Made by a program: the position numbers and the translations under genes. A stretch of DNA of 64,000 nt from positions 8,060,001 to 8,124,000 of the forward strand of contig CATNEN010000007.1 in the NCBI GenBank assembly GCA_950097015.1, read 5' to 3'. This DNA comes from Macrostomum hystrix. Its lineage: Eukaryota > Animalia > Platyhelminthes. Shown here piece by piece: positions 26,201 through 35,206 of the stretch (position 1 is its first letter; every line of letters starts with the position of its first letter). Under the pieces are notes generated by a model that did no database searches, was not told the DNA's origin, and saw only the letters and a program-made list of their open reading frames with translations.

Positions 26201-29200
26201 CCTCGAAACCCCACTCCTTCACCTCACTCCTACACCCACACCACTTCCCCACCTACCTCACACCCCCACCCACCTCACTCCTACACCGACCTCACTCCTT
26301 CTCCCACCTCACTTATCCACCCACCTCTCTACTCCACCCACCTCACTCCTTCACCCACCTCACTTATCCACTCACCTCACTCCTTCACAAACCTCACTCC
26401 TTCACCCACCTCACTCCCCACCCACCTCACTCCTACACCGACCTCACTCCCTCACCCACCTCACTTATCCACTCACCTCACTCCTTCACCCTCCTCACTT
26501 ATTCACCCACCTCACTCCTTCACAAACCTCACTCCTTCACCCACCTCACTCCCCATCCACCTCACTCCTACACCGACCTCACTCCCTCACCCACCTCACT
26601 TATCCACTCACCTCACTCCTTCACCCTCCTCACTTATTCACCCACCTCACTCCTTCACAAACCTCACTCCTTCACCCACCTCACTCCCCCTTACCCACCT
26701 CACTCCTACACCGACCTCACTCCCTCACCCACCTCACTTATCCACCCACCTCACTCCTTCACACACCTCTCTCCTCCACCCACCTCACTCCTTCACCCAC
26801 CTCACTCCTTCACCCACCTCACTCCTTCACCCACTTACTCCTACATCCACCTCTCTACTCCACCTAACTCACTCCTCCCCAACCTCAATCCTTGCTCAGC
26901 CCTGCACAACGTCTTCCTACCGCTGCTCAGCAGTGAAGAGATCATCTTGCCGTCCAAGTCATAGTCCTCCTCCATGTCAAAGATCTCAATGAGGCCAGTA
27001 TAATTCTTTACGAGTTTGAGCAGCATATCGATCTCCCTCTGATAGTCAAAGTAGTCGTGCGCCATGAAGAATTCCTGACAGACGACCGAAATTCTGTTGT
27101 GGGAATGATTTAAAGCATCGTTAATTAAGGCATTTCATTTACCTGCGTTAATAATGAGACTCACTTTTCCACAAAGCGCTCCTCCTTCTCTTCCTCTGTC
27201 TCGGTCTCCTTCTTGTCCATCATCTGGGACGTTGGCTCTCTGTAGTAAATGTCGATGGCGTTGGCAAGGACGTCGGCTGCTCCGGCGCTGCCCTGCAAGC
27301 GGGGTGACGGCGGTACGAATTGGGAAGCATTGTGTGACATTTGTGAAAATCTGTTCCAATCAAGCATTGTTGAGCTGCAGCTAAAATGTACTTTAACAGT
27401 TTTCTGTGGGCTCTCCATGTTTAACTTCATATTTGCCCTGCGTGTGCTGTGAAGATGCGCCGCAGACGTCACGCACCGAGGCAGATTTGCAGTTCAAGAT
27501 TAGAGTGCATCCCATTTGAGAAAGTTGGCCATTGAAATGGTTTCAGTACATGCGTTTTATCGTTTATCCCTAAATTGAGCTCAAAATTTGATAAAAATGG
27601 GATAATTGTGTAGTCCCAACGAATCAAAATCAATAAGCTCAAGCGGCTAACGCGTCTGCCTCTCGCACCAAGGTCCCTAAGTTCGATTCCGTGGCGAGAC
27701 CACATTCATTTAGGGTGCAGCCGCGATGAGAAGGCTTGGGGGCTTGTCGTGCAATTTACGCCCTTGTGGACCAACCTCCAAGGCACCATGACAGTGTACA
27801 CTGCCTGACGATGAGACAGTCAGGGCAGATGTACACACCTGTGTGAGCGTATGACTGCATACGGTATCTGTGTGAGTGTGTGCTCAGGAGTCAGCGGAAT
27901 GGGCAGAATTGCTTCCTCGCACTGTCACCAAATGATGTGCTATTGCCCGCAGCCCTCCTGCAATTATTTATTATTATTATTACCTTAATACTCGGCTCTT
28001 TTATCCCAAAAATTTCCTGTTCCCATTTAACGAAAATCCCAATAGCCATCCCCATGACATCCTGATCCCCAGGATCCCACTCCTGCGGTCTCACCTTGAC
28101 AGCCACAATGGGACACTTGTTGATGCTGAGCGCGTGGAACACCTGCTCCAGGCTGAACCGGTCGCCGCCAATCAGCAGGCCGCACATCGGCACCTTCGCC
28201 TCGCTGTCGTCGTCGTCCCTCCAGCTGCTGGCCGCCCTCTCCAGCGCGCTGCGGAACTGCTGCTCGCGGCCCTTCTTCAGAGCTGCGCCAGTCTCCACCA
28301 GGAAGAAGTGCGTGTGGTTCGGGTCCAGCGACATCTCCTCTTCGTCCGACTGCCGCAGCGGTCGCGTCAGCAGCGACGGCAGGCCGTCAGGGTCATCGGT
28401 CTCCTGGTCTTCGGGCGCCTGCTCGCTGAGATCTGTTTCCTCTGACTGGTAGGTCACCGGCGCGTGGCTCTGCAGTCAGTCAGAGGGGCGTCAAGTTAGC
28501 TTGCTTCCGCCCTCTACTATCATCCGCCCTCTACTATCATCCGCCCTCTACTAGCATCCGCCCTCTACTATCATCCGCCCTCTACTATCATCCGCCCTCT
28601 ACTATCATCCGCCCTCTACTATCATACGCCCTCTACTATCATCCGCCCTCTACTATCATCCGCCCTCTACTATCATCCGCCCTCTACTATCATCCGCCCT
28701 CTACTATCATCCGCCCTCTACTATCATCCGCTCAAGCCAGCCTTCTTTTTCACCTCTCCTCCGGCTCGCTCAAGGACGCGTCGCTTAGCAACGCAGCCCC
28801 AGCTAGCTACGCCGATAGCGATCATGTGATTGGCTCCGTAGGCGTCAGTGTAGTCTCTGACCGCTTCGCCAGTCAGCTTCATGATGCCCACGTTGAATCC
28901 GCTTGTGATGATCCAACAGCCTGCGGTGTTTGTGGAATTCGGTTTTTAGGATTCTCAACTCGTTCTGCTTTTCTTGTCGTTTACGGTTGATCATGGGATT
29001 TGGGATCATGGGATTTGGGATCATGGGATTTGGGATCATGGGATTTGGGATCATGGGATTTGGGATCATGGGATTTGGGATCATGGGATTTGGGATCATG
29101 GGATTTGGGATCATGGATTTGGGGTCATGGATTTGGGATCGTGGGATTTGGGATCATGGGATTTGGGATCATGGGATTTGGGATCATGGGATTTGGGATC

Positions 29201-31300
29201 ATGGGATTTGGGATCATGGGATTTGGGATCATGGATTTGGGGTCATGGATTTGGGATCGTGGGATTTGGGGTCATGGGATTTGGGATCAAAAACATCGTC
29301 GAATTTGGTTACCTTGAAACTCAGAAAACTGCATAAAAGTATGAGTATTGTATATTGAAAAGAGTGTAGGGTAAGGACTTTAGTAAAAAATTATATGCTC
29401 GTATTAAAAAACCACACAAGGACAAGTGGATAAAGGTTTATAAGGAAGGTTTAAAACTTTCCGAAATTTTAAAGAAATCTTCCGATTCGAAAGGATTTAA
29501 CTAAACTATAGAAACTTTTAAAATTTGAATTCGCGCCAAATCCGGTGTTATATCACGCAAACAGCGCTATTAAAAACATTGCGGTGCAAGTACTGGTTAA
29601 ATCTGCCGACCAATTGCTCGGTAAAAATGTGGGAGTTTTTGGGAAAATTCTCCCACGACTGACGTACCGCCTTGCGATTGGCTTCGGTCTCGACCTGATG
29701 GTGTGACGCGATGGTTGATGACAATAATATTTTTGTGACGGACATAGTCACGCGAAGCGGCACCGCCAAATGGAGATTACAATATTTCCATTTTACGGGA
29801 TTTTAGGGAAGTCCCGAATTTTAGGGACTTCCAAGACAAGACTTTCTCACCCGCGCTCTCCGCCGCCTTCCACAGGCCCTTCTTGAATATCATCCTCAGC
29901 TGCCGCTTCTTCTCAAAGTCGCCGCCAAAGATGTTGATGACGAGAGTTGGCCTGGCCAGGTCCCACTTCTTTGTGAAGATTTGCCGCTGCACCACACTCT
30001 CTGACAGGCTGTTGTCCACCCTCACGAACTGAAGGCGGTGGGGTCATTGTGGGATGACTTCTTTTTGGTAAAAAATTCACATATGCCTGAAAGGCTCTGT
30101 GACAGCCCTCCCCAGATCCTCACCTGTTACACCCATCCCATGATCCTCACCTGTTACACCCATCCCGCGATCCTCACCTGTTACACCCATCCCGCGATCC
30201 TCACTTGTTACACCCATCCCCTGATCATCACTTGTTACACCTATCCCCATATCCTCACCTGTTACAGGCATCACTAGATCATCACCTGTTACAGGCATCA
30301 CCAGATCATCACCTGTTACAGGCATCCCCAGATACTCACCTGTTACACCCATCCCGCGATCCTTACCTGTTACACCCATCCCAATGATCCTCACCTGTTA
30401 CACCCATCCTAATGATCCTCACCTGTTACACCCATCCCATGATCCTTACCTGTTACACCCATCCCAATGATCCTCACCTGTTACACCCATCCCCAGATCC
30501 TCATTTACACCCATCCCCAGATCCTTACCTGTTACACCCATCCCATGATCCTTACCTGTTACACCCATCCCCAGATCCTCACCTGTTACACCCATCCCCA
30601 GATCCTTACCTGTTACACCCATCCCAATGATCCTCACCTGTTACACCCATCCCCAGATCCTCATTTACACCCATCCCCAGATCCTCACCTGTTACACCCA
30701 TCCCATGATCCTCACCTGTTACACCCATCCCGCGATCCTCACCTGTTACACCCATCCCGCGATCCTCACCTGTTACACCCATCCCGCGATCCTCACCTGT
30801 TACACCCATCCCGCGATCCTCACCTGTTACTCCCATCCCAATGATCCTCACCTGTTACACCCATCCCAATGATCCTCACCTGTTACACCCATCCCATGAT
30901 CCTCACCTGTTACACCCATCCCCAGATCCTCACCTGTTACACCCATCCCCAGATCCTCACCTGTTACACCCATCCCCAGATCCCCACCTGATACCCACCA
31001 CTTTCAAATCCCAATTTTCCTCATTAGTCCAAGATCCCAAAGCCACAAAAGCCGTCCTCCAGGTCCCCGCGCACCTTGGCCTGCTGCTTGAGTCCGGAGA
31101 ACTCAATCTCGCCGAAGACGTTGCCGCCCAGGCCGGTCATCGCCAGCTGCTGGCTGCCCTCGCGGGCCGAGCTGCGCCGCCTGAGATCCTCTCCGTCGCC
31201 TGGCCGGAGCTCCTGCATGTTGACGCTCCGCTGCCCGCTGCTGCCGAATCGATCGGGCCTTAGCGAGATGGCGGGGTTTGCAAATTTTGCGCCTGACTGA
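4143..31300 (-). CDS. TRPM2: TRPM2-like cation channel with C-terminal NUDT9-homology domain (multi-exon; 5' end uncertain)
   Basis: Hand-spliced exons in transcript order, all GT-AG: 31075-~31300, 29851-30028, 28754-28920, 28095-28469, 27165-27292, 26921-27093, 25955-26070, 25724-25873, 19097-19147, 18855-19017, 18625-18702, 17712-17861, 16129-16293, 15819-15854, 15091-15200, 14419-14744, 14128-14325, 12663-12767, 12292-12385, 11553-11681, 8788-9316, 6830-8022, 6641-6726, 5792-6083, 5106-5255, 4905-5018, 4143-4268 (TGA). Exons after the first sum to 5382 nt, in frame. Motifs: FGEIEF, WDLARPTLVINIFGG, WIITSG, LDPNHTHFFLV (MHR1/2); FMAHPCCQ; FYQAPVIRF; EEVKQ and WNKLD (S2/S3 Ca-site); LGPKLIMIGKM; FQMFGE (pore); NILMFNLLIAMF; WNYQRY (TRP box); PLNPMGRTGLQGKGLLPRWGPN and GYLDDHLNADNAWIE (NUDT9-H). 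Orthology to TRPM2 itself is inferred from domain architecture. Confidence 0.92.
4313..4743. repeat. 16-bp (ctatgggatctgaggt)n grading into a 27-bp derivative
   Basis: Tandem array in the last TRPM intron. Confidence 0.96.
5403..5782. repeat. 21-bp perfect minisatellite (gatagcagggaatggcaggct)n
   Basis: About 18 identical units, intronic. Confidence 0.97.
6120..6225 (+). mobile_element. Internally deleted SINE family 1 fragment
   Basis: ttgtagccc head remnant, then ccccagtccacggactga...cgcgcaatagct.aggctgtgc matching the family 1 3' part. Confidence 0.6.
6272..6545 (-). mobile_element. SINE family 2 copy (diverged)
   Basis: GTGGCAAAGTGGTTTAAAGCATTTGCTTCTCGCACCA head; AGTGTACACTGTCTGACGATGAGA and GTGTGCTCAGGAGTCAGTGGAATGGACAGAA match the 27.8 kb copy. 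Confidence 0.75.
6830..8022 (-). CDS. TRPM exon: pore loop end, S6, TRP box, coiled coil and linker
   Basis: ORF 6800..7969 contains NILMFNLLIAMFSSTY, WNYQRY and PLAPPF. Acceptor CAG lies just above 8022 and donor GTGGGT just below 6830. Confidence 0.93.
8100..8783. repeat. (gacag)n pentamer + (acacagg)n heptamer arrays
   Basis: Fills TRPM intron 8023-8787. Confidence 0.96.
8788..9316 (-). CDS. TRPM exon: S3-S5 and pore helix/filter
   Basis: Encodes SDSWNKLD...YIRLMYIFSFHIALGPKLIMIGKMVINDL...WFQMFGE; canonical splice sites. Confidence 0.93.
9365..9710. repeat. Pyrimidine-rich (ctctccacctct)n degenerate repeat
   Basis: Polypyrimidine tandem tract. Confidence 0.9.
10715..11503. repeat. 32-bp minisatellite (agctgtttcccagcctgatccttagattcctc)n
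   Basis: Tandem array. Confidence 0.95.
11737..12196. repeat. 18-bp minisatellite (atgggatctcagaatgtg)n
   Basis: Tandem array. Confidence 0.95.
12905..13105 (+). mobile_element. Degenerate SINE family 1 copy
   Basis: tRNA-like head (ggtcaggagttcgaatc), then ttcagtttatccgtctgtaaaagtaccggcatcagctggg and ccccagtccaaagactgaa, matching the family 1 body. Confidence 0.6.
13160..13447 (-). mobile_element. SINE family 2 copy
   Basis: Reverse complement shares TCTAACGCGTTTGCCTCT, AGTCAGGGCAGATGTGCACACCTG, TGCTCAGG.ATCAGCGG and CAGCCCTCCTGCAA with the 27.6 kb copy. Confidence 0.75.
13497..14010. repeat. 19/20-bp minisatellite (ggagtgaggtggg-ttgtatc/cgtatt)n
   Basis: Tandem array. Confidence 0.94.
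14012..14088 (-). mobile_element. Isolated SINE family 2 head
   Basis: GTGGCAGAGCGGTCTAACGCGTTTGCCTCTC...AAGTCTCTGAACTGGATTAC, a near-duplicate of 13375-13447. Confidence 0.7.
14793..15077. repeat. ~39-bp minisatellite (tgtatcggagtgagctggg...)n
   Basis: Tandem array related to the 13.5 kb array. Confidence 0.9.
15868..15913. repeat. (gattta)n microsatellite
   Basis: About 7 units. Confidence 0.9.
16403..16720 (-). mobile_element. tRNA-derived SINE, family 1 (CORE-like), full-length
   Basis: Head GGTTGTAGCCTAGTGGTTAGGGCG...GGTTCGATTCCC (Pol III boxes A/B). Central TGTGTCCTTTAGCAAGACACTTAACTCTGCATTGCTTCAGTTCACCCAGCTGTTAAATGGG resembles the MIR CORE. (ATT)n tail. Homologous copy at 62516-62793. 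Confidence 0.88.
16778..17615. repeat. 20-bp minisatellite (actcagaacacaagaggcgt)n
   Basis: Homogeneous core with diverged edges. Confidence 0.96.
17955..18243. repeat. ~41-bp minisatellite (cacccacctcactccctacccttaccagc...)n
   Basis: Tandem degenerate units. Confidence 0.88.
19248..25640. repeat. 6.4-kb 51-bp satellite with 1887-bp higher-order period
   Basis: Unit ccagttctagccagtgtacattcctctcatccctcaccatttaaccaacca, about 125 units; fills TRPM intron 19148-25723. Confidence 0.98.
26208..26880. repeat. C-rich (cacccacctcactcctt)n degenerate minisatellite
   Basis: Tandem array. Confidence 0.92.
27635..27982 (+). mobile_element. tRNA-derived SINE, family 2
   Basis: Head aagcggctaacgcgtctgcctctc...gttcgattcc; body agtcagggcagatgtacacacctg; 3' end cagccctcctgcaa + (tta)n tail. 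Related copies at 6272-6545 and 13160-13447. Confidence 0.8.
28506..28732. repeat. 17-bp minisatellite (ccgccctctactatcat)n
   Basis: Tandem array. Confidence 0.95.
28989..29289. repeat. 15-bp minisatellite (gggatttgggatcat)n
   Basis: Tandem array. Confidence 0.95.
30110..30998. repeat. 26-28-bp minisatellite (gatcctcacctgttacacccatcccgc)n
   Basis: Tandem array. Confidence 0.95.
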
Positions 31301-31395
31301 CTGTCAGGCAAATAAATCGATAAATTAAAATACATTGATTGCACATCCTCTTTCGATTCCATTGCGCCCATCGCTATTTTTAGATATTTTTACTC

Positions 31396-32253
31396 TTTCG
31401 ATTCTGTCTAAATATCCTGCTTCGATTCTGTCTACATCTCCTGATGCGATTCTTTTAGGAGAAGCTTCGTCTTTTGCTTCGATTCTAGCTACGTCTTTTG
31501 CTTCGACTCTAGCTACTTCTTTTGCTTGGATTCCAGCTACGCCTTTTGCTTCGATTCTAGCTACGTCTTTTGCTTGGATTCCAGCTACGTCTTTTGCTTG
31601 GATTCCAGCTACGTCTTTTGCTTGGATTCCAGCTACGTCTTTTGCTTCGATTCTAGCTACGTCTTTTGCTTCAACTCTAGCTACGTCTTTTGCTTCGATT
31701 CTAGCTACGTCCTTTGCTTGGATTCCAGCTACGTCTTTTGCTTCGATTCTAGCTACGTCTTTTGCTTGGATTCCAGCTACGTCTTTTGCTTCGATTCTAG
31801 CTACGTCTTTTGCTTCGACTCTAGCTACGTCTTTTGCTTCGATTCTAGCTACGTCTTTTGCTTCGACTCTAGCTACGTCTTTTGCTTCGATTCTAGCTAC
31901 GTCTTTTGCTTCGATTCTAGCTACGTCTTTTGCTTCGATTCTAGCTACGTCTTTTGCTTCGATTCTAGCTACGTCTTTTGCTTCGATTCTAGCTACGTCT
32001 TTTGCTTCGATTCTAGCTACGTCTTTTGCTTCGATTCTAGCTACGTCTTTTGCTTCGATTCTAGCTACGTCTTTTGCTTCGATTCTAGCTACGTCTTTTG
32101 CTTCGATTCTAGCTACGTCTTTTGCTTCGATTCTAGCTACGTCTTTTGCTTCGATTCTAGCTACGTCTTTTGCTTCGATTCTAGCTACGTCTTTTGCTTC
32201 GATTCTGTCTAAATATCCTGCTTCGATTCTGTCTAAATATCCTGCTTCGATTC
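31396..32253. repeat. 24-bp minisatellite (cttcgattctagctacgtcttttg)n with flanking variant units
   Basis: Tandem array. Confidence 0.95.
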
Positions 32254-32291
32254 CAGTGCAGCTGCTGGTCCTCGCGCTGGTGGCGGCCTAC

Positions 32292-32374
32292 CGGCAAGAA
32301 AAGGCGCGCACTGGGCTATAAATCGTGGAGCGCCTGCTGGCTGATGCGGGCGCCCCTGCTGTGCGCTTCAGCAT
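32292..32374 (-). CDS. Candidate upstream coding exon of the TRPM gene (MLKRTAGAPASASRRSTIYSPVRAFSC)
   Basis: GC-rich island with ATG at 32374 and donor GTAGG. Phase 2 fits the acceptor at 31300. No homology support. Confidence 0.35.
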
Positions 32375-32789
32375 TTTCGTCCACTAGTATTGTTTTTTCT
32401 GTTGCGTTGTTCTATTTTTTGACTCATTTTAACCTGTCTAAATTTCAATCGTGACTTAGTTTATACATTTCGAAATTGTTGCTCACTTCTACTGGAGTCC
32501 ACAAGTCCGGATAGAGTGAGTCCTCCTGTCTGCTCTGGGACGGCGCTGTGGGACGCAGAATAATTTAAATTTTCTTGTCGTGCCGAAATTCCTTCTTGGC
32601 CGTATGTGAGCCATTAGCATATTTTGTACAACTAAAAACGAAGACACAAGGTGAGACACACTTGTGCGTGTTTGAGAACCTTTATTGGCTATTGCTCAGA
32701 CATGACGCTCTTCACCTTTTTTGGCATTTCTTGAGTCCTGCCTTTACTGCGCGCCCGCTCAACTGCACCGAATCTTCTCAAAGCCTCAA

Positions 32790-34081
32790 AGCTTCAACCA
32801 GTCCCGTGGTCCTTCAACCGCTAGCTTCAACCAGTTCCATGGTCCTTCAGCCGCTAGCTTCAACCAGTCTCGTGGTCCTTCAGCCGCTAGCTTCAACCAG
32901 TTCCATGTTCCTTCAACTGCTAGCTTCAACCAGTTCCATGGTCCTTCAGCCGATAGCTTCAACCAGTTCCATGTTCCTTCAACTGCTAGCTTCAACCAGT
33001 TCCATGGTCCTTCAGCCGATAGCTTCAACCAGTTCCATGGTCCTTCAACCATCGCTAGCTTCAACCAGTTCCATGGTCCTTCAGCCGATAGCTTCAACCA
33101 GTTCCATGGTCCTTCAACCATCGCTAGCTTCAACCAGTTACATGGTCCTTCAACCGCTAGCTTCAACCAGTCCCATGGTCCTTCAACCGCTAGCTTCAAC
33201 CAGTTCCATGGTCCTTCAACTGCTAGCTTCAATCAGTCCCATGGTCCTTCAACTGCTAGCTTCAACCAGTCCCATGGTCCTTCAACTGCTAGCTTCAATC
33301 AGTCCCATGGTCCTTCAACTGCTAGCTTCAATCAGTCCCATGGTCCTTCAACTGCTAGCTTCAATCAGTCCCATGGTCCTTCAACCGCTAGCTTCAACCA
33401 GTTCCATGGTCCTTCAACCGCTAGCTTCAACCAGTTCCATGGTCCTTCAACTGCTAGCTTCAATCAGTCCCATGGTCCTTCAACTGCTAGCTTCAACCAG
33501 TCCCATGGTCCTTCAACTGCTAGCTTCAACCAGTCCCATGGTCCTTCAACTGCTAGCTTCAATCAGTCCCATGGTCCTTCAACTGCTAGCTTCAACCAGT
33601 CCCATGGTCCTTCAACTGCTAGCTTCAATCAGTCCCATGGTCCTTCAACTGCTAGCTTCAATCAGTCCCATGGTCCTTCAACTGCTAGCTTCAATCAGTC
33701 CCATGGTCCTTCAACCGCTAGCTTCAACCAGTTCCATGGTCCTTCAACCGCTAGCTTCAACCAGTTCCATGGTCCTTCAACTGCTAGCTTCAATCAGTCC
33801 CATGGTCCTTCAACTGCTAGCTTCAACCAGTCCCATGGTCCTTCAACTGCTAGCTTCAACCAGTCCCATGGTCCTTCAACTGCTAGCTTCAATCAGTCCC
33901 ATGGTCCTTCAACTGCTAGCTTCAACCAGTCCCATGGTCCTTCAACTGCTAGCTTCAACCAGTCCCATGGTCCTTCAACTGCTAGCTTCAATCAGTCCCA
34001 TGGTCCTTCAACTGCTAGCTTCAATCAGTCCCATGGTCCTTCAACTGCTAGCTTCAATCAGTCCCATGGTCCTTCAACCAG
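32790..34081. repeat. 33-bp minisatellite (gcttcaaccagtcccatggtccttcaactgcta)n
   Basis: Tandem array of about 39 units. Confidence 0.96.
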
Positions 34082-35206
34082 CAATCCGATACCAAAACTC
34101 GCTGTAAAGCAACTTTGCTAAAGAATTAATTTTAAAGACTCACTTCTCTAATTTGGAAAATTACGCGGATCTTCGCTCTCTTCCGAATTCTTGCGTCTCG
34201 CGTGAGGCTGCGGACTTGGTCAAGCGGAGGCTCACAGCAGAGAGTGAATGCTGGAGTGCGAAGGATGGATGGATGGATGAGAACGGTCTGAGTCGGCATG
34301 AAGGCTGCACAGGGCGCGGCTCACTATTTACCTGGACAATCAGAGGGAGGGGGAGAGCAGTGAGGGGGTGTGGGCTGGAGAGCGGTGGACGGTGGGTGTT
34401 CGCTGAGGCTGCTGAGACAATCCAGCACTGACAATGGAATTTTTGTTCGGGGTCAGAGCTTGTGTCACCAAGCCACATCTCTCGTCCTACGCTGTTTTTC
34501 ATTTCTTTCTTGTCTTTCTTTTTCCGCTGGCCTCGCGAAAGTCTCTCAATTGGCTTCCATGACGCAGTTGAAAGTCTACGGCTCGCTACGCTTATGCAAC
34601 ACGGGCCGGCCTAGCACAGCAAAGCCTGCTCAAACCGTGCTCAAGCAATACAACTGGCTACTCGGCCTGCCTGTAGGGCGGGTTCAGTGGGCTTTGATTG
34701 CTGTTTGCCGAAGCTGAAGCCAGCAATGAAAATGTGGATTGCAGGCCTCTCTCTGCCCCATTCTGGTGGCTGTGCGCGCAGTTGCAGAGTTAATTGACAC
34801 AGATGGGAGGTACACAGCAACGGCTGAGAGCCAGTCGCTTGATGTCTCAACGTCCTGTCCCACCTTTGACGCCGTGTTTGGTTAAGCACTGGCTGTTTGT
34901 TCAATCATTTTTTCTGTGTACGATTTAAAGAAATGATTCGTTTCTGTTAAGAGTGCAGTGTTTAAACTGCTCTGGAGAAACACAGCAGAGAATGTCAACC
35001 TGCATGTAGACACTTTTGCAGTTTATTTTAGCGCAGCTGTTGCCGCAGTTTAAAAAGTCTAGCTCGTTGTCAAAGCTGTCGCTGAGAATAAGTTTCAAAT
35101 AGCATTTTATTTATTCTATTAATTACGCTTCAACTGTAGCATTTGAGTGTGACTGACGCACTAACAGTTCTTGTACCTCGCATTCTATCTCTCTTCAGTT
35201 AGCCTT

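Noticed and set aside
27800-27840. Hammerhead ribozyme or SECIS element
   Set aside because: CUGACGA is present, but there is no stem II-GAAA/NUH arrangement and no SECIS AUGA/GA quartet with an AAR loop; the position is intronic.
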